A DNA stretch of 63,305 nt, the filler included, from Salisapilia sapeloensis CBS 127946 (taxonomy: Eukaryota; Protista; Oomycota), in assembly GCA_023334545.1 (NCBI GenBank). It is 16 parts of 16 records of this genome, joined end to end, with 100 filler letters (N's around TTAATTAATTAA, not from the genome) between each part and the next. Parts side by side here need not be neighbours in the genome. Positions count along the whole stretch, not along the records: positions 11,085 to 17,220 come from JAADVB010000574.1; positions 17,321 to 18,328 come from JAADVB010001360.1; positions 18,429 to 19,618 come from JAADVB010001265.1; positions 19,719 to 27,273 come from JAADVB010000515.1; 12 more parts are not named here. One strand, written 5' to 3'. A program made the translations under genes and the position numbers. Positions 11,226 to 21,049 of this stretch are shown here, piece by piece. Below the pieces are notes generated by a model that saw only the letters and a program-made list of their open reading frames with translations, was not told where the DNA came from and did not search any database. The stretch's first letter is position 1, and each line of letters starts with the position of its first letter.

Positions 11226-11392
11226 ATAACGCAAGGAAGTCGATCTTAAGAGCGTTAAATTTCATGGGTCATAAGTGAATATGACCCGTAGAAAGTTTGC
11301 TCACGGAAGCTAGCTTTCGCATTGACAGGATCAAAATGTGTATTTCACAGTTTTAGATGACATTCGGATTCCAGCGTTGTCAGAAGATCGAA

Positions 11393-12976
11393 TTATGCGA
11401 GCATCAAGATGGCACCTGCAGCCACCAAGGTGGACACAGCGATATTTAAAACATTATCCACGCGAGCTGCGGCGCTCGATTCAGAGTTGGCAGTTGTAGT
11501 ATTTGCATTCGCACTACCTTGCGAAGCGAGTGAGTTCAACTCAGATGAAGCAGACACGCCGGACATACTCTTGGATGATTCGCCAGAAGGTTGCGAGGAA
11601 CTTCCACCATTGCTGGATGCTTGACTATTCTTGTTTTGCAACGTGAATGTACATATGGCATTGTCAGGTGCAGGGCATGTGCAGGTTGGAGGCTGTACTG
11701 GGCAAACGAGGGATGTTACGCCATCGGATGGCCACGTTGCACTCGATAATGAAGCGAAGTTTGACGGGCATGTCGACGTGGAAGTGCGAGATGCTTGTGT
11801 TTTGGCCTCATACATATTGCTCTCGGGAGAAGTATCAACTGCGAAGTACTTTTCTTTCAAGTAATGGTAGTTTGGCATCGGTTTGTAGACACAAGGAACT
11901 TCATCGTGGTCGCAGTTTTCCGGGGAGAAGTAACCTAGGCCATAGTTCTGAGCCCCTGGCTTTTTGAACGGATACGGTGAATCGGACTTCGCGTTTGCGT
12001 TTTCAGTCGAGTATTCAAAGGCGAAAGCGCCAGTGAATTGTTCTCGATAGTCACTCGTGTACAACCATTCGGCTTGTTCCCATGTGCGCTGTCCTTCATA
12101 GTCACTTTCAGTCGGGAAGCTCGGATTCAAACATCCAAATTCGGTGAGCATGACCGGGATGGAGTAGTTTAAGCTCGTAAAGTCCTCCAGAAGCTTTTGA
12201 TATCCACCAGCATCTTCGACTTTGTCGATGGCACCGTCGCAATGGAGGTAGACATTCAAGCCATACCACTCAGCGTTCTCGTACTTGTCATCTGGGTTTG
12301 TTCGGCAGTTGTAGTATTGAGCATTTTCTGTGCGATCTGTATCTGCTAATACGACGCCAACTGGAACGTTGCGGAGAGTACTGCACGAATCGATAAACTC
12401 TCGCATATCGCGAATGAATTTCTTCTGGCACGGGGCATTGTCTTCGACAGCGTTTCCCAATCCTGCTGCGGCGTGATTGATTTCGTTGCCAGCACTGAAT
12501 GCGAGCACGTTGTCGTACTTGGCGAAAGCAGAGATGATCATCTCACCTCGCGTTTTGAGCCCTGACGGGTAGCAATTCGGGTAGGCTGAGCCAAGGATAG
12601 CACAATTTTTACAGTTGGCACCAAGATCGACTAATGCGTACATGCCTTTTTCAGCTAACGCGCACATGAACTTATCATGGCTCAACGTGGGATTGACAGC
12701 GTACAGTCGAACGGCATTCGCTCCGGATGCTGCAAGGTGTTCGATGTCAGGTTTCCAGATGTCTTCATGTTCGTCCGTAAAGAAGTCATAGTTGTTAATA
12801 TCCAGATCGCCCGCATTCGGCCGAGGATAGTAATCGATACCCTTTACAGCGAAGTATTCGCCCGTGACGGAATCGTAGAGCTTGTGACCGTGAATTGTGA
12901 TCGGGTTTGCCTTCGACTGGACTTTGCTCACGAGAAATGCTGCAGCGAGGCAGATGCTAGAGAAGACTTTGACCAT
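11393..12976 (-). CDS. GH72 beta-1,3-glucanosyltransferase (Gas/Gel-like), secreted, Ser-rich stalk, probable GPI anchor
   Basis: Signal peptide, PITIHGHKLYD..TGEYFAVKGIDY, NAVRLYAVNP, catalytic AGNE and LTEFGC, GAFAFEY, hydrophobic C-terminus. Confidence 0.95.
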   Translation of the reverse strand: MVKVFSSICLAAAFLVSKVQSKANPITIHGHKLYDSVTGEYFAVKGIDYYPRPNAGDLDINNYDFFTDEHEDIWKPDIEHLAASGANAVRLYAVNPTLSHDKFMCALAEKGMYALVDLGANCKNCAILGSAYPNCYPSGLKTRGEMIISAFAKYDNVLAFSAGNEINHAAAGLGNAVEDNAPCQKKFIRDMREFIDSCSTLRNVPVGVVLADTDRTENAQYYNCRTNPDDKYENAEWYGLNVYLHCDGAIDKVEDAGGYQKLLEDFTSLNYSIPVMLTEFGCLNPSFPTESDYEGQRTWEQAEWLYTSDYREQFTGAFAFEYSTENANAKSDSPYPFKKPGAQNYGLGYFSPENCDHDEVPCVYKPMPNYHYLKEKYFAVDTSPESNMYEAKTQASRTSTSTCPSNFASLSSATWPSDGVTSLVCPVQPPTCTCPAPDNAICTFTLQNKNSQASSNGGSSSQPSGESSKSMSGVSASSELNSLASQGSANANTTTANSESSAAARVDNVLNIAVSTLVAAGAILMLA

Positions 12977-13319
12977 GGTTTGCAGTTAGAAAGAAGAGTG
13001 GAGTGTGTCGATGGAGGTAGATCGATAAATGAAGAGCTTTATGATTAGAGGTTCATGATTACCTTTCGATCTTACCCGTATGCACCTCGGTACTTGTTTG
13101 ATGCTGATGAACCTTATCAAATCCTCAGTTAACAAGCCTTCTACTGTCTTATTCTGTCAGCTACCAAAGGCAAGGGACTGGAAAAGCCATAAATAGCTTG
13201 ACGGAAGGTAGCGATGGAAGTCCAAAATCGACGTGTGCATTGAATGATAAAGAAACTGCTCTACTGTACCAGAAGACGCGACGAACGAATGCAACAGCAC
13301 AGTCACCAGACGACACAGC

Positions 13320-14386
13320 TCACTCCTTCTTGTTCTTGCTCTTGTCCTCGATCTTCTGTTGGACGTCTTCTGCAACGCCCTGCTTCACCAAACGGGCGCC
13401 CATGTAGAAGAACAGGCCGTACCAGTACACGTGCAGCAGAAGCAGCATGCACAAGAGCGCTACGCCAGGATAGAGCACGACGCCAGAGAGGTTAGGGTGG
13501 ATAGTTGGTAGCAAGAAGGCAGTGTTGTAGATCAAGTGGACGGGGTAGACGTAGAGTCGCGTGTAGCCCCACGAGACGAGGAGACACACGTAGAGGAAGA
13601 CGGTGGCCGGGATGTTGCCAGTGTCCACCATGGCCTTAATGGCGTACCCAGTGACATCACCAATGTCGTGCGTGAAGGCTACGAGCGCTCCTTTGGCCGT
13701 GTAGTTGGCGAGGTAGGAACCGCCGATGAGGATGATTGTAACGAGGTGGTGCAGGAGCATCTCGATGAAGTCGTTTCTCAAGGGCGTGAGGAAGATCATA
13801 TACAAGAGGCTTTGGAAGTGATAACCGAGCTGAATGAGGTAGTAGGCCTTGAGAGCAGGAATGGGAGGCTCGTTCATGTGGGTGTAGGCATTAACGCTCT
13901 CTCCGTTGCCGCCTAGTGCCGGAATGCACCAGTCTTCGTCTTTCATCATCCAATAGCCAAACGTGGTAATTCCGACAAAGTAGCTATACGCAGTCATTTA
14001 GTATCGTTGGAATCGTTCATACGAGCAGTCATGGCACATGACGCCGAAATAGAGGCAGAGACATACAAAAATTTGAAGGTGACGGTGGCAAATCGGTCGA
14101 CGCGATCGGGGTTCTTACGGTGCTTTTCACTGAGAATGCGGCGACCGACAGGCTTGAGCATGTTGGTGCAGGCGTAGCGTAGAGCCACGAAGACGAAAGA
14201 CAAGAGCAGGGCGATGAGCAAGTCACGTGGTTGCGGCATGTCCATGTCATACTCAAAGCGAGGAAACTGTTCTCGTAGCGTTTTAATTCCATAGAATTCC
14301 ACTCCCAGAACCGGCACGAGGGAAAGTGTAAGAGTTATGAGCAAGTACTCTCTCGAGTTGAAGTCCATGTGCATTTCGGTCGCCAT
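13320..14386 (-). CDS. TLC-domain ceramide synthase (LAG1/LAC1 family); intron 13984-14066
   Basis: Lag1p motif RNDFIEMLLHHLVTIILIGGSY...LVAFTHDIGDV; YYLIQLGYH; VSWGYTRLYVYP. Confidence 0.92.
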
Positions 14387-14575
14387 GGTTTACAGGCAGG
14401 AAGGGAGGAAGTGGTGCCGGACGAGCGTTTCAAATTGAATTGTGGCTACGCTTTCACGCTTTTTCGTTGGTTAAAAATATAAAATTAAGCGATGCTGATT
14501 GGCGGATGAGGATTTGAAGAGCCGACCAGATGGAATATGCTGACGCAGCAAGTAGCGATCAGGATACGCGGCGGC

Positions 14576-15670
14576 ATGAGTGCTCCCAAAGTCTTTTTCA
14601 CGCGGAGGATTCCGTACGCAATTGGTACTCGTTTCTTTGTTTCGTAGTTGTTTAAAAGGAAACTTATAAAGGGATGTAGAGAAATGCCGAGAGCTGCTGC
14701 CGAATGCCGCCATTTCGGTGAGTGAGTCCGAGACGGAGAACCTGCCTCGCGACGAGCTGCTCAAGCAGTCCAAGGGCGCCGATGGACTCTTTTGCTTACT
14801 ATCAGACAAGATTGACAAGGAATTTTTAGACTCGTGCGATGACAAACTGCGAGTCGTGTCCACCATGTCCGTCGGCTTTAACCATATCGACGTCGACGAG
14901 TGTGCTAAGCGAGGCGTTCTTGTGGGAAACACTCCAGGTGAGCATACCTAGATCTCATACAAAGGCTAGCTTCTAAACGTTTACCTTTCACAGGCGTGCT
15001 GGACACCTCGACTGCAGAGACTGCTGTCTCCCTAACGTTTGCTGTCAAAAGACGAGTGGTTGAGTGCTCCGACAGTGCTCGCAACGGCGGATGGGGCACC
15101 TGGCAGCCTTTTGGCTACTGTGGCTCTGATGTCAGCAACAGTACCGTCGGAGTCATCGGCTTTGGTCGCATCGGTCGGACGTACGCAAAGATGCTGCAGG
15201 ACGGATTCAACTGTTCTGTACTGTACCACGGTCCGAATCGAAAGCAAGAGGAGGAAGAAGAATTTAAGCACGGAGCGACGTACGTCGACCTGGAAACTTT
15301 GCTGCAGAAGAGTGACATCGTGAGCATCCATGCTCCTCTGAACGCTCAGACGCATCATCTAGTGAGCGAAAAGGAACTGGCATTGATGAAGGAGAGTGCT
15401 GTGCTCATCAACACATCCCGAGGGGACTTGGTCGACCAGCAAGCTCTGGTGGAAGCTCTCAAGAAGAAGAAAATTGCGGGAGCTGGGCTTGACGTCACGA
15501 CGCCAGAGCCACTGCCAACTGACCACGAACTATTCCAACTCGACAACTGCACAGTCCTACCACACATCGGCTCTGCGACTGTAAGCACACGCAAGGCGAT
15601 GCTGGATATTGCCGTCCATAATCTCGTCGCGGGTGTGACTGGCGAGAAGCTGCCTCATGCCGTGGCCTAA
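14576..15670 (+). CDS. GRHPR: Glyoxylate/hydroxypyruvate reductase (D-2-hydroxyacid dehydrogenase); introns 14625-14678 and 14938-14993
   Basis: MSAPKVFFTRRIP, LRVVSTMSVGFNHIDV, VGNTPGVL, VGVIGFGRIG, LINTSRG, AGLDVTTPEPLP, VLPHIGSAT. Splice sites read directly. Confidence 0.9.
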
Positions 15671-17079
15671 GTTCTTAACTGCCTTAAAGGAAAGCTATAT
15701 GAAATGAATGCACACACTTCATAGGTAGTTCTTTGGTCGAATATTTGTGATATTGACGTAGTAAAGATTGAACGATTAGCGAACGAGTCAGGTACTCTTT
15801 CTCTATACTCGACATCCATCCACTCGTCACTCGAAAAGGGCATACTCAGCCAGACAAAAGGTCTCCAACGCTTCCACAACAATAGGCAAGAACAAAACCC
15901 GTGGCGTTCGATAGCAAAAGCTACTACTAGAAAGCAAAAAGGATCGAATCTCATGCAGTATGAATACGGTTGACAGTCAACAAGTGGTCTATCGACCATT
16001 CAGTGGTGTCCTAAGGTTATGAATAATCATAGACTCGATTCCTTTATAAATCAAAGCAAGTGTTTTCAAACTACTAGCAGTGCACAAATCCTATCTTCTA
16101 CTTGGCTAGAGACTTCAGATGAATGTTTTTCGGTTGATCAGAGCTTAACACCGCCGCACTGGCAACAGACAGCGGGTCTTTCAAGTATACTCAGCGTCGA
16201 TCGTATGGGGAAAGAAGCTTAACTCTCATCCTCTCAACCAATTGAAACAAGTTGTCCTCCAGCTCGCAAATGTAAAAATGAGCTTTTCGAAAGTCAAAGA
16301 TAGCCGAATGAACTGTGCGCCAACCATATCTATACACTCTACAATACAAGACTGGGCATACAAAACGTAGGTGTTCGCGACATTATGTTACATTTTATTC
16401 GCTGACTACAAGCAAGGAATAAAAGTAAAGTCTTGTAATACTGCGTCTAAATCCACTGGACGCAAACGACATCACCACTCAATCCACTAGACACTACCAT
16501 TTTCGGATTTGCGCTCGTCGACGTCGATCGCTTTGAACGGATGCTGATGACTCATTCAGGCTTAGGACACCTTCTGAGCGGGTCTTTAAAATCTTCATCG
16601 TGTGGAGGACCCACCCTTGTATTCATACCTATTTTCTGAGTCCGTTCTACTTGTCTTTGATAAAGCTACGATGAAGGAAAGGATATGTGTCTTGTTTGAA
16701 AGGCCTTTCGAGGCGTTGGTGAAAACGAAATCACTTTCTGCTGCCTTCCAACTGAGCTTTACGATGCATATGCATACACTGGAGAAGGTGATGATTCAAA
16801 AATGCATAGTTCAACTGAATTATACATGTTGATATCGAGCCATCAATAGTCTTTCGCTCCTATCTGATTCTCCAAATCAAACAATGCGTATTGAGAGAAT
16901 GATGACTGGAATATTTGGGAATCTCTCTGAACGTACGTCCTCAGGACGTACTTGTTGAGAAACTTTCCGTCATCCTTGCTCTGACTCTCTTGTATTTACA
17001 TGTCTACATTAAGGTTGGAAGTGACGAGAGAGTACACTTATCGCTGAAAGTGTTCTTTCGAGCACTGCTGCGGAGAATA

Positions 17080-17220
17080 CAAACTTCAAACGAGCTTTTT
17101 AACCCCGATCCAACTTTTGAAGCTGGCGCTACATTCTTCAGAAGTCCGCGTGTGCGATCGCGAGGCTTCTTCAAAAAGCCGCCGAGAGAGAACTTATCTG
17201 TATGACATTTGCCCCTGTCC
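17080..17220 (-). repeat. Terminal inverted repeat, right copy (141 bp)
   Basis: Reverse complement of 11085-11225. Confidence 0.97.
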
Positions 17221-17353
17221 NNNNNNNNNNNNNNNNNNNNNNNNNNNNNNNNNNNNNNNNNNNNTTAATTAATTAANNNNNNNNNNNNNNNNNNNNNNNN
17301 NNNNNNNNNNNNNNNNNNNNGACAGCCTCTCCATCCCAAGTTACCACAAGACA

Positions 17354-17611
17354 ATGAAGGTTTCCACGATCATGACCCTCGGACTTGCCGCCTTCGTACT
17401 CGCGATCACGCCAATTGCTGCCGACGGTGCCAACACCCCTGGAGAGCACAACGAAGCTGGTGAGCTATCTATACAACATAGAGAAAGCACGCAAGCTGAC
17501 AACTAGATCCTATTTGGAGTAGATGGCCGCCGCTTTGAGAACGGTGGCCGTCGCGGTGGTGGTGGCGGTGGTGGCCGTCGCGGTGGCGGTGGCGGTGGTC
17601 GCTACGACTAG
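17354..17611 (+). CDS. Small secreted Gly/Arg-rich peptide (not in the ORF track); intron from 17460 to 17522 (alternative acceptor 17506)
   Basis: MKVSTIMTLGLAAFVLAITPIAA signal peptide, then DGANTPGEHNEA|DGRRFENGGRRGGGGGGGRRGGGGGGRYD*. GTGAGC donor and GCTGAC branch-like site. Confidence 0.65.
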
Positions 17612-18209
17612 GCGGAAGTGACTTCCCTCGGACTGAGTAGTAGCGTCGTTCGAAAAGCATCCAACGATATCTTGATTAATGTCAACAAGGTGGATCGTTG
17701 TTTTGCATTATCTTCCGAGCCAATTCCGTGCACCATCGTATACATTTCTCGTCAACGCACTAAGCTACAGTATCTCCGCTGCCTCCGCTACGCGCGACGG
17801 TCAAGCTCCAACCAATGGGCGTCCAAAGATGAGGAAACTTGGAAACCTGGATGGCTCGACGCCGGCTGACAGAAATGCGTCAGAGCTCCAAGGCCTGCAA
17901 GTCTCGCGGCCTAGCAGCGAGTGCCTCCGTCAACTTCATATCAACTTCGGCCTGCAGAACCGAAAGATACTTTCGGTCGCGAGACACGCCGTCATTTATT
18001 TTCCGCTCGGGCATGTACCACCGTGAGCTTCACGATTACCAGCAGCTGTATTCCTGGAGCCGATATTCGTCGTCTGCGAAATCGCGCGTAAAAATTCATG
18101 TGTCTGAGATAGAAACCTGCACTTGCAGGGGATCCATGGCGAAGACAATAGAACTACTTCGGCGTATGTCCTGGGCGCGGACCGTGCTCCGCTTCGGAGT
18201 AGGAAGAAG

Positions 18210-18224
18210 TCATTTCCGAATTTG
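18210..18224 (+). promoter_or_regulatory. Oomycete Inr-FPR core promoter
   Basis: TCATTTCCGAATTTG fits the oomycete consensus TCATTYBNNNWTTY and lies 26 nt upstream of the ATG at 18250. Confidence 0.75.
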
Positions 18225-18249
18225 ATCCGAACAAGACAAGAACCTCAAG

Positions 18250-18328
18250 ATGAACTCTACGAACGACGCCGGTGCCAAGCCCCCGATGAAGGACCGCGTG
18301 AAGGAGAAGACGCACCACATCAAGGAAA
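18250..18328 (+). CDS. 5' end of a small hydrophilic protein (LEA/dehydrin-like wording), truncated
   Basis: MNSTNDAGAKPPMKDRVKEKTHHIKE with GC3-rich codons downstream of an Inr-FPR. Family assignment is weak. Confidence 0.45.
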
Positions 18329-18428
18329 NNNNNNNNNNNNNNNNNNNNNNNNNNNNNNNNNNNNNNNNNNNNTTAATTAATTAANNNNNNNNNNNNNNNN
18401 NNNNNNNNNNNNNNNNNNNNNNNNNNNN

Positions 18429-19377
18429 GCTGCTCGTGTGCCTCAAGAACGCCGAGACCGAATGGAAGGGACAGCCTGTCGTCGAGACGTGTGCGCGGGA
18501 GCTCGAGCGACTGCTGTCGCATCCGACTGACTTCCAGCAGGAGCTCGTGCAGATGACGCTGACGCTACCGGACGTCGGACTCTTGACGACAGACCATCGA
18601 GACAAGGCGAGGCAGCACTACCTCCGCTCGAGTCAGGTCCCTCAACTTGTATACCGGCAGATCCTCGTCCTGATGGAGCTCCGAGCACACGTGTCGAGCG
18701 TCCGAGAGTGGATGGACGGCCACAAGGACCAGTGGGAGTGGATGTACGAGTGGCTGCGTCGAGAGTCGTTGAAGCCGAGTCTCGGAGGACGACTCGCTGT
18801 CTTGTATCGAGACCCTGGCAAGACCGAGCTCCTCTGTCGCGTCGGAGAGGCCCTTGATATTCCGTACAAGCCGGAGGAACGAGCGTACGTGGTTGAAGGC
18901 GCAGGCATCGAGAGCGTCAATGGGATTTATAAGAGCACGGGCTCGACGCACGACAAGTGCCTCATCTACTCGTGCGTCAAGGATGACATCGACTACACGC
19001 TCTTCCGCTGCTGTCTGCCGAGCAAAGCCAGAAGGTGGTACATCTCCTACTCGCCCAACAAGAGTCTCCTTGGGACGCTCTCGGATGAAGACTACTACTT
19101 TGTCCAGTGCCAGCTCGACGATGACTCGCCTCCGGAGGAAGGGTGGAAGGTCTGGACCAAGAATGAAAAGTCGGGGCCGCCCGCGCCGACGGTGCGACTG
19201 CACTCGTCGACGATCGACCCGATTGAAGATGAGTTTGCCAATCCGGACCTGGACGACGTGACGGCGGAACTCGAGAGCGACGACGAGATCCGAGTGAGCA
19301 ACGAACGCTTTCGAGCCGTGCACCTAGATAACCAGGACGATGGCGACCAGAGCAGCGGTGCGGATGATTTCCTTTAG
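18429..19377 (+). CDS. C-terminal part of a large protein, probably a USP24/USP9X-like deubiquitinase
   Basis: LVYRQILVLMELRAHVSSVREWMDGHKDQWEWMYEWL resembles the USP24/9X C-terminal Y..(V/I)K.L...W.WA..WL block. It is followed by a VEGAG..VNG.Y...WYI...YY....PP..GW module and an acidic tail. 5' truncated. Confidence 0.55.
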
Positions 19378-21049
19378 GGGCCCTAGGCAAGTACTGTCGT
19401 CAAGCGCTACGTTTGCATTTGAAAACTCGAGTGAATGAAAACATGGACACACGTTCCAATCTACTTTGTTTCTTACGAATTTAATTCTAATTCCATCCAA
19501 GGAAATTGAAACGATGACCGGATCCTCTGGTCCTGCATGCGAAGGAGAGCCCAAGCGGCAGTTTCTAGCTATGTTCAATCCAAGCTCCTGGTCGGATGCA
19601 ACGGACACCTTCCCCTTANNNNNNNNNNNNNNNNNNNNNNNNNNNNNNNNNNNNNNNNNNNNTTAATTAATTAANNNNNNNNNNNNNNNNNNNNNNNNNN
19701 NNNNNNNNNNNNNNNNNNAAAAGTCTATTTTGTCTAAGAGGTATAGAGCTGGAAAGGTCGCATGGATCTACGGACACTTCAAGAACAAACAGAAACATGA
19801 GGTATGGTAATTTGGACTTGATCATGCGCTTCGCACGGTACAGCCGACTATTACGGAGCTTTAGAATACATAGGAGGTTTTAATGTGAGAATTGTACACA
19901 TATAGATGCTTAAAATAGCGGAAGGCGATGATATCTTTGTAGATTTCCAACACGCTATCGGATATTGCTGTATCGAAAGCTTTATTAAGACGCGTCCAAG
20001 TTAGTAGAACCGTCTTATAGCGTCACATCCCCGACGCATACCTTCCGATGCGCCGATTATAAGGTTATCCCGCTCGACAAATCTAAGATCTAAAAATGCA
20101 CGTGCCCGATGGCCGATAGGAGCTCTCGTCGTTCGGCTAGCTTTATTATGCAGCATGGGATGTATAGTGCTTCTAGTAGCGGCATGATGCTTCAACATAT
20201 TTAAATAGTTTTGCCGGGATTAAAGCAGGAGGCGTATAAATTGTAAAGGTCTATAGAAAAAGCAGACTGCCACGGTAATTCCAGACGCATGATGCTTAAA
20301 CACAATTAAGCATCAGCATCCACTGCTCACACAAGATTCTCACTTTTGCACACAAAGCTGGAACATGAATTATAGAGTCTGCCAGTTTTTATTTTAACTT
20401 TATAGGGACTCGCCATTGATGCTGAGTCGTCTTAATTTTATAGTAATCGCCTGCTTAAGACCAAGCGCTGTTCTTTAAACTTCGACAAACTGTTTTGCAA
20501 GCACCCGTGGTACATTACCTCATAAAAATGCGCTTATGTGATGATGTGCCTTCCAAAATTTAGATCCTTGCACGTAGGGCGTGCGACATACAGCGATGTG
20601 AGAAGGTACTCGGCGTCTTTAAGTCCCACTTAAAGCTCACCTTCCTAGAAGAGGGGGAAATTGGCGGGGGAGTCGGAAGGGAAGCCTTCGAACTGAGAGG
20701 TGATTTCCCTCCTCGCGTCGACTAAGGTCCATATTAATGAAAATAAACGTATGAAACGCGCAGCAAACCCTCTGTTACTAGTGAAGATAGCCCATTTTTT
20801 GGATGCTCGTAAATACCTCGCCTGGCACACCCCGGTATGTGCCAATCGCAGTTGTATGCGCAGGTATCTGCTTGGCTTATGAATATTTTCGCCTGTATTC
20901 GAGCGTCTGGCCGACGGTGCGTCTACGGGTTTACAGAGGAAACTTGCCGGACAAGTGATCTTGACTGCTCTTCTCTGCGTGTCGAGAGTGGGGGATTTTC
21001 TGGACGTTCATTCCCTTAGTTGTCGCGCGCGCGCCCCTTGCGTATGCCG

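Noticed and set aside
11393-14386. GPI-anchored GH72 next to ceramide synthase as a GPI-lipid remodelling cluster
   Set aside because: Adjacency of two genes only; no other pathway genes nearby.
11085-17220. Transposon with 141-bp TIRs carrying cargo genes
   Set aside because: No transposase or TSD is visible. The identical 141-bp length in three unrelated contigs points to assembler overlap rather than a biological TIR length.
18443-19390. Long antisense and alternative-frame ORFs over the USP-like fragment
   Set aside because: Shadow ORFs produced by GC-rich codon usage; no protein-like motifs.
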